Notes: generated from the sequence alone by a model not told the origin. Counted from the whole stretch's first letter, positions 1-14,399 are shown. The stretch: 63,870 nucleotides of DNA, filler included, from Dugesia japonica (GCA_001938525.1; 5 parts of 5 records of this genome joined end to end with filler, not necessarily neighbours in it), one strand, 5' to 3'. Numbers and translations are program-made.

Positions 1-1035
1 TGTTGGGTATCTAACTCAACAAAAGATTTTATGGTTCGAATTTTAAAACAATAAGGTATAAGGTTCAATAATGAATTTTTTTGGGAGACTCAAAATTTCC
101 CTGTGTGTGTGTGTGCAAATACAACTATTATATAAGAATATAGTTTAAGCAAAAATATAAATAACTGATTTATGTAAATTTCCCCATTTAAAATAAAAAC
201 ACAACTCGTACTTCTATAATTGATATTTTGATTAGGATAATTACACTTATATCGCTCAGTTTAATTTTAAAGTAGAGAAGCCAATCAAAGAGATAGCTTC
301 TCTAAATTAAATTTTGTCTGAACAATAAACTGACATACGTCAGTATTTATAGTAAAATTCACACTAGGCCTTCATGCATTGACCTAGTGTTTACATAAAA
401 TTTTCCATATAAATTACTTACATGATTATTAGTTTACATAAATAAATTATATCCAATAAAATTTTTCATAAAAAATTTCCATGATTATTAATTCGTCATA
501 AAATAAATTATATGCCATAATTGTTTATACAATAAAATTAATAACATTAACTAAGTCTAAATTGTTTATACAATAAAACCAATAGATTTTCAAATAATCC
601 AAATTTTCATGAAATTCCAAATAAAATATAATGTCACAATACAATATAATGTCACAGTAAAATTGAAATTCCAAATAAAATATAATGTCAGCACATTTTT
701 TCAAATATAATGTCAGCGCATTTGAGTTAGATTTATTTTTCTGGGATTGATATTGATTCGAGGACTTGAGTTAACTAATTGATTTAGGAATTTTGCTCTG
801 CTATGTTTATTGTGTGTTTTGTAAATTTTGCTCTGCTATGTTTATTGTGTGTTGCTTGTCTGTTTAAACTATTCAAACCTCAACAATACACATAAATCTT
901 AGTGATTTAACAATTCTTCAATAAATCAAAGATTATTATTTATTGTAATTGTTATAAAACGGAAGGCATTAAAAATCAATGCACAACGCTAATACAAGAT
1001 TTTAATAATCATTAAATTATAGTAACAGAAAGTAG

Positions 1036-1467
1036 TCAGAGGGCAGATTCATTGCTACCGTCAATATTAGAGTTTTCGGAACTACCGCCCTCTTCACCAT
1101 TACGGATGTTCCAAAGGTTATCCTGCACAAAGGCAGTTAAGTTCGAGAGCGGGGTAATTTGAGTGGTGATATGGCCCACGATTAAAGGACCTTCCTGCCA
1201 TGTCCGGATTGTTAGCGTTTCACCATTTGTACCTATCCGGGTGGTGGTAGTTGCGTGGAAGACTACACGGGTACGATATGGCCCGTTCCATGAAAAATAC
1301 GCTGCTCATTCGTTTGCATCCCATTCTCTCTCGTCGTTTCTCTCTTCCACTGGTAAGTTAGTTCGGTCTACGAGGACCCTGGCGTCGCGATTGTGCGGGT
1401 TCCTATAGCGCTTAAAAACTGTGCGCCCGGTTCTCTGATCTAGTACAACTTCCCATTTATATTCCAT
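1036..1467 (-). pseudogene. Unknown 143-codon ORF with one in-frame TGA (MEYKWEVVLDQRTGRTVFKRYRNP...)
   Basis: Manual translation: ATG at 1467, stop at 1038-1036, single internal TGA at 1308-1306. GC content is clearly above the flanks. Confidence 0.5.
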
Positions 1468-1619
1468 CTAGATTATTCAATGATTGTTAGAATTTAGTGA
1501 TCGAATTTAATTCATTTTTTAAATAAAGAACAATCCAACTGGCTAACGGTCTCATATTTTAATTAAATTAAGATTTATTGTAGATAAGTTATAATAAACA
1601 CAAAAGATAGTTGTAAAAA

Positions 1620-1811
1620 TTATGGTTCGTTTTCGTCGTCCATATCCACGTTGAAGTTCAGGGGGAACATCTCGACGAAATACTGCAAATCAGTCTCGTC
1701 GGGGTGTTCTATTTTACCAACTGATAAAAGGTGAGCTAATAATTGCTTGTTACGGGCTTTTCGCTTCTTTTTTCGAATTAACCTCAAAGTTTTGGTCAGA
1801 ATGCTGGACAT
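1620..1811 (-). CDS. Small unknown protein with basic N-terminal half (RKKKRKARNK) and acidic tail
   Basis: ORF track; co-oriented and tandem with the 1036-1467 ORF. Confidence 0.35.
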   Translation of the reverse strand: MSSILTKTLRLIRKKKRKARNKQLLAHLLSVGKIEHPDETDLQYFVEMFPLNFNVDMDDENEP

Positions 1812-2282
1812 GGGAGAGAAGAGTCGAGGACCTAAATAATAAGTTCATAAACATTTTAAAATTTAGGAAGACCATAAGTTTGCGTCTGACCTATCATTAA
1901 CCCTCAATCTGGGTAGACATCGTCAACGTACGCGCAAGGTTTGTACTATTCATGGGATGGATTGTCTCAACTAAAACTCTTTTGGTTTTGCGAAACGCAT
2001 GTTGGAGATATTAGCATTATTAAAAAATACGAATAATGATAATCATGCCAAGAAGAATGCTTTTAAGATAATCTGAACAGTAATTGAGTGGCTGTTAAAA
2101 TATCAAGCTGGGTACTCCTCATACAATAATAAAAGTGAGGTTAACATACCTTACGGGGGTCACTTGCTGTAAATAACAAAATATCCACACTAACTAAAAT
2201 GATCTGAATAACAATTGAATGAAACGGGTTATAGCAAATCAAATATTATGTCCCCGGGCAACGATAACCCTGATCATGATAA

Positions 2283-2625
2283 ATGGGTAACAAAGAGGCT
2301 AGCAATTATAATAATGGTAGCAGTAGAATTAATTTTAATAACGCAATAACAAGTCTAATTTTGACACTAATTCTAATTATAATAATAATTTAATAATGAT
2401 AATAATAATAATAGTAACAATAATAATAATGTTAATAGTATTCATTCTAATAGTAGTATTAACAATAAAATTAATGGTATTGATAATAATGATACCAGAA
2501 TTAACAATAAGGACGCCGATAATAACAATCGTAACAGCAATAATAGCCATAACTAACACAATGAGGATAACAGTATTATTAATGGTAAGCATATTTGCAT
2601 AAATAGTTAACTGCTTGTTGGTAAA
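2283..2625 (+). repeat. AAT-rich low-complexity tract (degenerate Asn-rich coding remnant)
   Basis: Degenerate (AAT/AAC)n. The + frame reads NNNFNNDNNNNSNNNNNVNSIHSN...; the hydrophobic ORFs in the track are other frames of the same repeat. Confidence 0.6.
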
Positions 2626-4989
2626 CATAACCCTTGAATACGATGAAGATAGTGTTAATATATCCGACTCATTTTAACAACACAAAAATAATACAGCAAT
2701 GTTGGTCATGATGATGTGCTTATTAAACTCAATTTTAATCTTGAATTCATAACTAACGTCATCAAACATTTATTGAAAATAAACAAAACTCAATGACCAG
2801 GAGTTACGTCTTCGGAAAAGTGATTCAGGCAATTCACTTAAAGATCCATTGGTAGACAATATCGAAAATCGAGACCGAACTTTATTGAGTGTTCAACATG
2901 AGGTTAGTTCCTGAAAAGGTATAACCTCATAGTGCGTTCACCGTTAACTAATCTCTGCCGTAAATTGGGCTTGTTAAATCCTAACGGTACAGAGTGCGCT
3001 TTTATTTCTGTTTTTTCTTTTGAGCAAAATAAGTTTCTCCATAAGATATCATTCAAAATGAAATAAATCGAAAATTTCAAGACATCGATTAGTGTTAAGA
3101 TAATCCTACCAAAAATCAATATACCACTTCTGATTTCCTAATAATAATGTGAGTCAACTAATGTTGTTTTCTGCACATTAACTCACAGAATGTGTCATTC
3201 AGATAGTCGCAATTTGTGTTCATTGATTTCTGAAATTATTATGCATCAAAATTATCATCAAGCTCTGATTATTAAAACATCGTTAGTGCTAATGGATCAT
3301 CTCGACTGAATGTGGTGTACTAGAATAATTATGCTAGTGCGACTGTAGAGAGCATTTTAACAACTAGTTGTCTGACACCGATCTTTTTTAGCTAATAATA
3401 GTAACCGCAGTGAGAGGCAATCCACTAAAATTAAAAGATTTCTATCTACATACTTTCGTATAATACATGCTTTGACTTTTAACATTTCGCTGAATAAATG
3501 GCAACATAACTAATTTTTTGTATTAAAGCTAAGATTATTTATTAATCATATATTTAATTATCGTAACACATGGATATAATCCATTATTTTTGCGACTACA
3601 GTAACAAATATTAACATAATTAAACGAAATACTCACTGATCAGGGTTAAGGTTTTCTGCAACGTGAAAATGAATGAATGATTTCTCGGTTTCGGCTTCGT
3701 TGGAGATATTTCCACTGATAGATACTTTTCGATTGCTCGGCTACTTTAACTGATAACAAAGTAGTGATAATATGAAGATCTAGCGAATAAATTACCAACT
3801 TGTCGTTATTTTCTTGTTGAATTTTACGTCCGTTCTACAAAATTTTCAATTATAGTTTGAAAATGGTTCACATTACTCGTGATAAATGAATAAACAAAAT
3901 TGGATGTGTTTTTCTTCTAAAATTCGGGGGGTTTATATACCTTTCTAGATGCAACTCGGTTCTTACCACATTGGTCGGCTATTTTTGTTTTAATTTCCTT
4001 GATTTTCATTGAGTTTTGGTCTAAGATTCTAAATTCTTTAGCATTTTCTGCTACACCATTAGTACCTGTTTTTGGAGCACCTTGTGACTTTTCTGGCTTT
4101 GTTTTATTTTTCTTTTCTGGCTCCTTTTTGGCCCATTCTTCATATTCTTGTAGGGGTCCTCCTGATGATGATAAAATTTTCTTGTTCGGCAATCCTATTG
4201 CCCCGTATTATTTCTTTTTCAGATTTTCTTATTACAGGTCTCTTTGATTTTCCTGGGCTGAGATAATCGACCAAAACTGATTTTTGCCTAATTTATATTC
4301 TTTTTTGTTTAAAATTAATTAATATTTTCTTGTTAGTTAATTGTTTTTTCTTAATACATTCTAATTTTTTTAATTATTGTGATGTAGTGGGGTTGGATTC
4401 ATTTGTCTGATGTTTTCTTTCTGTCGTTTATTTTTCTTTCTGGTATTATTTCTTGATATAGCTTTAGACTGTTTATCCAACTGATTCTTATTTCTGTTCA
4501 AGCCTCTTTTGCATTATTTTTATATTTCGAGCCCTGATCCATCACTTTTTCTTTACTAGTCAGGTGTTTCACCCCAACATAAGTAAGGACCCCTAGACGA
4601 TAATAAAAGAAAATATTACCGGGAAAACCTTAACAATTTCTAATTCAGTAATAATAATAATTAATTTGAAAGAAATAACAATTGTAATCAACCGAATTAG
4701 AAATAATTATGAAGGAAGCCATAAATAAATATAAATAATATAAAAAAATAATTAATACCCACAAAAGGTAGAATCGTGGCTAATTATCCTAGCTTCTCCA
4801 AGTTCCTCATTCGACGATAACTTTGAAAATTAATAGTTGATACTGTCGTTAGATAATATAAATCCTGTCTTTTAAATTTTTCGTCTTGATTATTTAAACT
4901 TTTGAAATAGAATTTATGGAATGATCTGGCTAATTCTGTTTAGTTAATCCATCTTGGTCCCGATAAACTGCACCTAATAAAAAATTACT

Positions 4990-5710
4990 AGTAGACAGTG
5001 TGTAAGAGGAGGCCATGTGGGATCTCTACTGCTTGGCCAAACGGAGATGAGAAGCGGATGTCGCAGTAGAGAGAGCCAAAACTAAGAGGTTTAAAAATCG
5101 CTGCAGGGAGTATATCAACCGAAGAGCGAGCGTGGAAATCGCAGCTTGAAACCTTTGCGGATATTATTCGCTCGCTACACAAACAAAAAAGTAAAGTGAT
5201 GGCAGATATTTTAGATCTACGGAAACTGGTGCCATTAGACCCGCTCTTTATTGACAAAGCCATCCAAACTAGACTGTGACTCGATACACAAATGCCCTTT
5301 TGTAAAGAGTTAAATAAATTATATTTTAATTCAACTCGCTGCATTTCTTTTGTTTCTCCATAATTTATTTACTATACTTAATTAATCTCGTCTAAATTTA
5401 GTGCCACGAATTCGCCTACCAAATAGCAAAAATTCAAAAATTCATTCATGAATGACATTATGCCAAACGATGTGAATGGATCTTGATCTGACATATAGCT
5501 AAGAAAAATAGACTTATAAAAAAGTTGGAGTTAGTTTCTAAAAAGGAATTGAAGATTCCTAACAAGTCAGCAAATCAGCTTTTCAACAAGGTCACTTTTT
5601 TGACACAAAACGTCGCCGACCTAACCAGAAGTAGCTTTAAGGTTCTTGAACCATGGCGCAGCGAGGACGATTAGACCGCGTTAGATTTTACGGACGACCT
5701 TATGTTCTAA
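4990..5710 (+). pseudogene. Degenerate unknown coding remnants
   Basis: + frames read protein-like through scattered stops: ...GLKIAAGSISTEERAWKSQLETFADIIRSLHKQKSKVMADILDLRKLVPLDPLFIDKAIQ... and KLELVSKKELKIPNKSANQLFNKVTFLTQNVADL... Confidence 0.35.
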
Positions 5711-6379
5711 TCTTATGTTCTACTAGGTTAGTGTAAATATGTAATCATGCAACATTTGCTTATTATTGGTCGATGTTTTTCTTAAATAAGTATTTTATAT
5801 TTTAATCATAACGACATAAGAATAAATCAAAGTACATTACTTACTGGTAATAATTTTGCAACTGGGAATAAAAATAATTTCTGATTTATCCCTGATTTAA
5901 TAACCAATTTAACAACAAATGTCTGACAGTAAAATTGATGCTCTAAATAAGTCGCAGTAGTAAATTGCAATTAAAGTCTAGATTCCTTTTCTTGGCTAAG
6001 CCAAAAAAAAAATTTTTTTTTGTGTTAAATTTCTCTAAAATTCAGGAGTTTGATTTACACCACTGCTCCTTTTCCATTGATTTTTTATATTCTTATTTTT
6101 TATTTGCGGTTTGATTGGCGAGGGAGTGTATTTTAAAATTTTCAATTTTCTGTGCTTTTCTTTGTCTGCGTTGGTGGGGTTTTTTTAGGTAACCACCTGA
6201 TTTTTTATTTTTTGTTTTAACTCTTTTTTTCTGGCTCCTTTTTCCCCTTTCATACCTCTATCCTTATCTTTCAAATGGGTTTTCAATTTTTGAAATTAGA
6301 AAAATAAGGCTTTTTTCTTTTAGATTTATTTAATTGGATACAATTAACCATAATACATTCAATAATGTTTGATTACTAC

Positions 6380-9300
6380 GCCAAATTTATGGTTTTATAT
6401 GATTTTGTAAAGTTTAATAGGTTTTGTTTGGTTTTATTGAGGTTTTTTTGCATAGTTTTATATATGTCGTTTTACACACTTTTATATTGTTTTTATATGA
6501 TTTCTATATAGACTAATAGAGTTTTATATAGTTTAATAGAGTTTTATATAGATTTATAAGGTTTTATTTAATCTTATTAAATATTATCGAATTTATATTA
6601 AGTTTTTATCACATATATAATGGACCAATACACACACATAATGAATCATAAACAGTGTTACACAAATACATGTTTACAAAGAGGATTAATAATATCTGTG
6701 CATATATAGCAAAAATATTGCAATATGCATGCAAATTAACAAAGTCATACTTGTACAAGATAGACAAAGACAATGCATTAATAATGCAAGTATGCAAAGG
6801 ATGATAACTAAACAAATATAAAGGTTTTAATATAATTTTTTTTAGTTTTATAGGGTTTTATATGGTCTTATAGGATTTACAAGGTAACTATATGGTTATA
6901 ATTGGGTATTATATGGTAATTATATGGTTCTAATAGAGTTTTAAAGGATTGGTATGTATTAATAGGGTTTGTATGGTTTTATAATGTAATTATATGATTT
7001 TATTTGTTATTATATTGTTTTTATATGGTTTTTATAGGAATTATAGGATTTTTATAGAGTAACCATAGGGTTTTATATTTTCTTATTATGCTTTTATAGG
7101 GTTTCATATGGTAATTATATATGTTTTATAAGGTAATCATGGGGCTTTATAGAGTAATTTTTATTATTTGAGCTTAGTGATCAATTGTTTTAAAATTACA
7201 TAGATTTCAATGAAAAGTTAACAGATGTCATGTAATTATTTTAAAAGATTTATTAGAGATACGGTAATTTTTTTCAAAACAATTACCAGAGATCCTGTAA
7301 TTTTTTCAAAAATTTACTAGATACATTTTCAAAATCCCATGTAAAACATAGGGAAAATAACTCAAAAGTTTACTAAATGCCCCTAAAATATTTCTAAAAG
7401 TTACCAGAGATTCTTAAAGGACTTTTAAAAAGTTACAAAATGTCATGTACCTTTTTCTAAATATTTACTATTTATCCTCGAAAAGTAACTAGAGTTATAA
7501 AAACCATTACTTTAATTAAGATCATGCAATAAACCCAATGCATTCGATGAAACAATTAACAGAATACATTCAATAATTACATCATATAAACGCAAATAAT
7601 TCAAAGAAATCTTTACATTAAATGTATTCAGTACAATCATATACCCATTAATACGTTTAATTTGTACTATTAACATGTAATTTTATTAATAAAATATGCA
7701 AAGTTCGTTGATTTACATATAAACTTTAATTATTTTTCCAAAATGCATACATACCTCATGCAAATTTTCATAGATTTACATATCAATTTCACTTAAACTA
7801 ATTTACTATTTTTAATATGCTTTTAAAGGGTTTATAAGAAAATTATTGAGTTTTATATGGTATTTGTATGTTTTTATATGGTAATTATATACTTTTAAAT
7901 ATGGTTTTATATGGTTGATAGGGTTTCTATATGGTTTTTATGTGGTTTAATAGGGTAGTAATATAGGTTTAATATATAGTAATTATTAGATTATTATAGT
8001 ATTTTATATGGTCATATTGATCAAATATTTTGAAATTGCATAGATGTCTATGTAATGTGTCGAAAAATCAATGTAAATATATGTAATCTTTTCAAACATA
8101 GCATAGATCTTTATGTAAAATTTTCAAATATAACATAGATGTCTGAATTTTTACAAACATTGCATATATGTCACTAAACGTTTACAAAATCTCATGTAAA
8201 ATATAGGAAATAATAACACAAATATTGTATAGAAGTCAAAAAGATTTTACATAAATTACATATATGTCTATGTTACATTCTGAAACATAGCATATATGTC
8301 TATGTAATATTTTTAAACATAACATAGATGTATGGATAATTTTTACAAACATAACATAGATGTCATTAGAGTCTATTACAACAAGCCCAATAAAGCTTCA
8401 TACACAGTAAACTAATTGAATCTTATACACATAGTAAATCAATGGATATAATACACACAATAAACCCAATATAGTCATATAATACAAAAATAAATATATT
8501 AACACATAGAATACACAAAATTAATAATAGAGCCATTAAATGCATACAAATAACTCAATTGAACTAGTTAAAATTACATCATAAACTCCGTACTTACAGT
8601 TAAATGCGTATAATAAACTCAATATAGTCATATTATACACACAATAAACTCAATATAGTCGTATATTATATACATACAAATATCCCCAATAAAGTCACTT
8701 AAATACACATAAATAACTTATTATAGCCTTATACATAGAAAAGCAATGGGATTTATACACTAAATCTTATATAGTTATATAATACACATTTTATACCCAA
8801 TATAATCATAATACATATTGTTAGATCCCGTGGGTAAGAAATAACAATTTATTTTGCTGACTCTAAATTTTACTTAAAATATGCATGTAGGTTATATAGA
8901 CAATTAACTATGATAATAATAAGATAACACAATTATCTCTATACGTTTTATAAGTCAATTAGATTTTTACGAATAAATTACAATTGATATAAGATTAATT
9001 TGATTTTTGGGGATTAGCAAAATTAATACGTTTAAACAATCAAATTTATATAAAACTAATTATATTAACAATGTAAGCCTAGCTTACAACCCTAACAATA
9101 TAATAAATCCTATAAAGTCAATAAATACAAACATTTAACCCAATATGGTCTTATAATACACAGAATTAAGTCAATAATAATATCTAATACATTTAAATAC
9201 CTCAAGTAGAACCATAGCATATGTATACACCATATAAAGTCACTAAATACATACATATTAAACCATATAGAATTATATAATGCATACAATGATCCCTATA

Positions 9301-9880
9301 AAGTCAATGAACCAAATAAATCTTATACTCATGTAACCAATGGGTCTTATACACACAGGAAAGCAATAGTTCTTATACACACAGGGAACCAATTGAGGTT
9401 TATACACATGAAACAAATGGGCCTTATACGCAGAAAACCAAATAAAGTCTCTTAATTACACACAGTAAACCCAATAGGGTCATATACATAGAAAACCAAT
9501 GGGTATTATACACAAAAAAACACAGAGACTTATACATAGAAAATGAAAGGATCTTATACACACATAAAACCCAATAAACCTAAAAAAAACACACACTAAA
9601 CCCAATAAAGTTTCTTAATTACACACACAATAAACCTAATAAGTTCTTATACACAGAAACCCATTAGGTATTGTACACATTATAATCTCCTTAGAGTTTT
9701 ATAATACACACTAAATTTTAAAGAGTTATTAAATACATAGATGTTGGAAAAAATCTCAAAAATTACATAGAATCACCAAACATTTTCCAAAAAATCATAG
9801 AAGTCGGTGAAATTTTTTAAAAATTACATAGAAGTCGATGAACATATAATAAATTACTTGCATATTTGTTGATTTTTATT
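6380..9880. repeat. Degenerate minisatellite block with a diverged ~0.9-kb duplication
   Basis: GGTTTTATA-rich segments (6380-7160, 7820-8020), CATAGATGTC-type ~30-bp units (7190-7490, 8030-8370, 9730-9850) and an AAACCCAATA/TATACAC-rich segment (8380-9730). 7326-7366 matches 8181-8222. Confidence 0.65.
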
Positions 9881-10265
9881 AAATATGACATGTGCAACAC
9901 GAATACAATAGAAATGCATTTTTAAAATTTCCATAATCTTTTTAAAATTTGTTTCATCTATTTTCAATTTGTAAGTAGTTAATTTATTCATTTTTTATTC
10001 ATGTTTAAAATTTAAATAACGAAAATCTTGCTACATAATTATCAAATTGTTATAAAAATATGAAATATGTATTTGTCATCTCATTATCATTCTAATGATA
10101 TCAAAATTGGTACATTTTCATTAATAAATGGTAACAAGAATTCATTTTTAAAATATTTTTTAAAAGTTATTTGTTCTTTCGTATATATGATTTTCTCGTA
10201 AAATCTGCATTTTCTAATACTTATTTTATAGACAATGTATAGGTAGTTTTTAATTCTCTATCTGA

Positions 10266-10483
10266 TAGTGTCAAATTCAAGTCAGCATGATAAAAATTGA
10301 AGTCTGCACTCGACTTTTAAACTTTATAATTTCAAATCTTTAATAACTCGTTACCAAAATGTTAGATAGCAGTTATGTTCATCAAGATTTTACAAGTTCA
10401 ACGGTACCAAATTTGCCACCATAGCATGCATGTACTTGTTTTAATGACGATTTTAGGTGGTTCAGTGCTGACCTGTCTCACTA
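10266..10483. mobile_element. Possible MITE (~220 bp)
   Basis: Imperfect terminal inverted repeat: TAGTG...AGTCAGCATGA versus the reverse complement TAGTGAGACAGGTCAGCACTGA. Confidence 0.3.
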
Positions 10484-11772
10484 CTAGATTGTTCTTCATT
10501 TTTTGAAATGAAGAAAGCATTTTCGCTTTAAACTCTTTAGGTAATATATATGCGGTTTTCGATTTCATCTTGATGATGATGGTTTCAACTCAAAATACTA
10601 GATGCGCCTACCGTAGAGTCAAAATATTTGTTTTATCAATATCACTGTAGGAAAACCTTTGTATTTACAAATTTATAAGTGAAATGTATTTTACTTTTAT
10701 CACATGGTATCAAAAATTTAATAAGTGAAGACGCCATAGACACATCTAGTAATTTAAAATTATCGGGAGACACGAACAATAATAAGTATATACCACTTAA
10801 GGAGAACCTCCAGAATAACCTACTGGTTTGGAAGGTCCTCTTTGAGACGATCTCATTAGGTTGTCTGGGATCTTGGTGTATATAAAATGAGCAAATGCTC
10901 AAAAATGTTGCTCAAACAGAAAATTCACTCTGGTCTCAATAAGGAAATCTATAGCCTTGTCAAGCGTGGAATTGTTCTTCTATAATGGACATGCTGGCAC
11001 ATTGGATATCAAAGACTTATAAGGCAATTATTCCAGAACCAGTGTCTCTGATGGAGGAAGAAATTTAAAGTTTCCGAATTATCCCGCTATCCCATTGCGT
11101 TTTCTTCTTCTTTCTTCTCTTTTTGTTTTGTTAAACAGTTTTTAGCTGGCCGAACCAGTTCATGATTTAGCTTGAGGAGACTTTTTCAGCCTGAAATATG
11201 GTTGTTCGTGGAATATCAATTGGTTTAAATGTTTCATATTTAGTATCTCACTATGAGAGATAATAATTACTCTTAAATGAGTATAGCCGGTTTAGTTTCT
11301 GATTCGGCACCCTACATGATTTCATGTTTAAGTAGTTCTAAAATTTTAATAGTAGAAAATATATTACATTTCCAGCGCTAGGCACATAAAATAAGCTTAG
11401 TCTGTAATATATTTTTGAAAGAATTGACACTTTTAAATGTATTTATATGTAAAATAAAATTCGCATTTTTATATTCTAGGAAAATAAAATCGGCGTATTT
11501 AAAATTTTTAAAGACAAAAAAGCCTAATATTAAACCAATTTTATTTTCAAGTTCTATTATCACTCGGTGGAAGTCATGGTTCAAATCTGTGAAACATATC
11601 GACACATTTTTTAACCAATTAATAGAATTTTTTAGACAGCTCATTATAAAAAGTAATTTTAGGGATAAAATAATTGCCCTTTATAAGACTGATCTAATAT
11701 TAATAAGAAAACAATCCAAATTTTTTGGTGATATTTGTATTAAATTTTTAGATTTAATAGTCCAATTAGAAG

Positions 11773-12330
11773 TAGGGTTTGCAAAAAACCGTGTCTCTTT
11801 TCAAATCGGTTTTACGGTTTTTTCCAATCTTAAACCCGGTTAACCGATTAAAACCGGGATTTTAAAGAAAGTAATTAAGTCTATAATAAAATCTCCCTTA
11901 TTGTATTACTTTGCTAAAAACGCCATTCAATAAAGATTTTTTCATAGTTTTTATTTTTAATTCCAACTTAGACACAAAAATTAATAAAACCATGTACAAT
12001 CTATTATAATTGTATAAATATAGTTAAATAAAAATAATATTTAATGAAAACTTTAACTCTCTATTCGAAAGAAAATAGTATTTTAGAAAGGCTAAAGCAT
12101 TTATCGACTCACCACGAAGACGATTTTTTATTTTATTTCAAAAATTTCCTGATACAGAAAAGGTTCTTTTTAGTCCGTTGAAGTGGGCTTAACTTTAAGT
12201 AAGGCATTGAAAAGCAATTCTTAGTTGTTTGTTCTTTCCCCGGTTGCTTCGAAAAATGACATTCTTTTCTAAGCTTGTTAACATTAATGACTTCTTGTGA
12301 TTTTGCACACACTCTTTTTCAATATGTGAC
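11773..12330 (-). mobile_element. hAT DNA transposon 3' remnant
   Basis: Minus strand encodes a hAT C-terminal dimerisation motif (KPTSTD..RTFSVSGNF..KIKNRLRGESINALAFLKYYF). The TAGGG terminus at 11773 is followed by AACCG/CGGTT subterminal repeats. Confidence 0.75.
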
Positions 12331-12753
12331 AAGATGACAGGTTAAAATACTAACAATTTTTATCGACAGTAAATAGAAAATATAATACAAATTGATTTTA
12401 TTTATCACTATTGAAGATGTTGGTCTGTTTTTCCTTATTATATGTAATTGAAAATATAAAACTAAACTTTTACCACTTTGAATGTATGTATTCTTTTTTG
12501 TATGTAAGCTAAGATAAAAGATTTAATGAAATCTACAGATTTTTGCGAAAAAGCCTTGAGATTTCTTGCAGGTACCTTCTATAATAACTTAGGATTGAAT
12601 TATCGGTTATCGCTGGATAAGTTTCTCCCCAACTTTCCTGTAAATGAACTTTGTGACTGTTGAATTCATTCCCGAATAGTTTATGTTAGATATAATATTT
12701 AAACATATATGTTTAAATACTATTGATTTATTTAATTTTAATAAACTTTAGTA

Positions 12754-14330
12754 ATGTCTACTTTTGAAATTCAAAATCTAACTGGCAATCATGTAGAAGT
12801 TAATGCCATGACTAGGCAAAGGAAAGAAAGGAAAGAAAAAAACTTTTCACAAGCTACTCAAGAATTGCTAATTCCAAAGCCTACCATTTTTATAGCCCTC
12901 CTAATACTGCAGATGATTATATCCAAACCACCGAGGAATTTTCCATATTTTATCAAATGGGAATTTCTTTTGCATATGATATGCTATTACGAGACGATGC
13001 CAAGGAATTTTATCAAAAAAACGAACACAAACGAGGACTTCAATACAAATGAAATGTGCGATTGATTCAAGGATTGGTAATAATATGCAAAAATTAAGAT
13101 ATATAAATGAAGACCAAAAAAGAGAACTTGCAAACCATTTTGTAAAATATGTAGCAACAAAAATTTATAATAAATGTCATGGCAAAGCTCCTCCAAAAGT
13201 TGAATTCCTACAACCTGGTACTTGTTTTGGCTGTGTAGAAACAGATCATAGAGAGGGCCACGCTTTCAAAAATTGTGCATTATTACAAAGAGGGCACAAT
13301 AATTACATAGTTTTTTGATCCTTGCGTTTCCGAATCTTCAAAATAAAATTATATTAGATACAGATGCAATTTTTCATGCAATTTGTGCTGTTTAAAGTCA
13401 GTTGTTGAGAGATGGTGTGGAAACTGTTATTGCTACTCAATGGGTTATTGTGTAATCAAAAAAGAATTATTAGCGTTACATGAATTTACGACTCACTTCA
13501 AGTTTTATCGTTACGGAATAAAGTTCATAGCCAAAACCGATCATAAAGCATTAGTGTTTATGAAGAAAACAAGTAAACCAATTAGTTCACAGTTCCAGGC
13601 GTAGAGTACGAACTAAGTGAAATTTGATTTTTATCTTCAGTTTTGTAAAGGCATTGATTATGGAAATGGTGATGGATTATCAAAAATAGAGAAATTTTAT
13701 GTGCTCGTTGTTTGATGACTCATCACAATAAAAAAGGTCAAAAATCTGGAGTTATAAGAATAAATATGGTAAAAAGCACATATTATGATAAATTATCATA
13801 AAATTTAAAGAAATTTTCAAATTATCAAAGAGAAATTTGAATATATTAAAGATAAAAGTTTCCATTTTAGTAAAAATTCAAATAAAAGTAAATAATTTAG
13901 AGATATTGATAAATTCGTTTTGGAAAAGGATTTGTTACTGTTTGTTGATAAAAGTACAAAGGAGATTGTTTTAGTAGGTAAATCAGTGGTTGATTCAATG
14001 AATTACATTTATGAAGAATTGTGTCACTTGGGAACGAAAAGATTAAATGGCTTTATTCAAATAACTTATTTTTGGCCAGATATGTTCAGAACAATTGAAC
14101 ATGAGTTAAAAAAATTCTTAATTTGCAATCTAAGAAAAACATATACATGTATAACAAAAGAAATTTTACTACCTTGAACCGACTTTAGAGCGTTATAATA
14201 GACTGTCATTGAATCAAAGTTAAAGAATAAGTATGTTTTAGTCATTATAGATCGATACAGCAAACTTGTTAGCTTGTCAGCCATCGCAAATCAAGACGAA
14301 AAATCTGTAGTTAAATCAATAAAAGAGAAC
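12754..14330 (+). mobile_element. Decayed Ty3/Gypsy remnant (Gag knuckle, RNase H, integrase; RT not seen)
   Basis: CFGC...GHAFKNC knuckle; ILDTDA and KKELLAL...KTDHKAL RNase H motifs; HLG..R....YFWPDM integrase zinc-binding region; YVLVIIDRYSK core. Confidence 0.85.
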
Positions 14331-14399
14331 TAGATATATCATTGCAGTTTTATATAATATTACTTTTAAAGTAATTATTTAAAAGAACTATTTGTTTTA

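Larger units (their letters stand above)
1..4579. mobile_element. Possible very long LTR or LTR-element segment (TGTTGGG...CCCAACA) containing small and degenerate ORFs
   Basis: Window starts TGTTGGG and 4573-4579 is CCCAACA, a 7-bp terminal inverted match of LTR type. Contains short direct repeats (610-720, 793-852) and GC-richer coding-like patches. No PBS, PPT or TSD can be verified. Confidence 0.25.

Noticed and set aside
2377-2628. Hydrophobic membrane-protein ORFs on both strands
   Set aside because: These are alternative frames of an AAT-rich low-complexity tract.
10640-11130. Possible LINE RT remnant (DLGV-like word)
   Set aside because: A single short motif is too little support.
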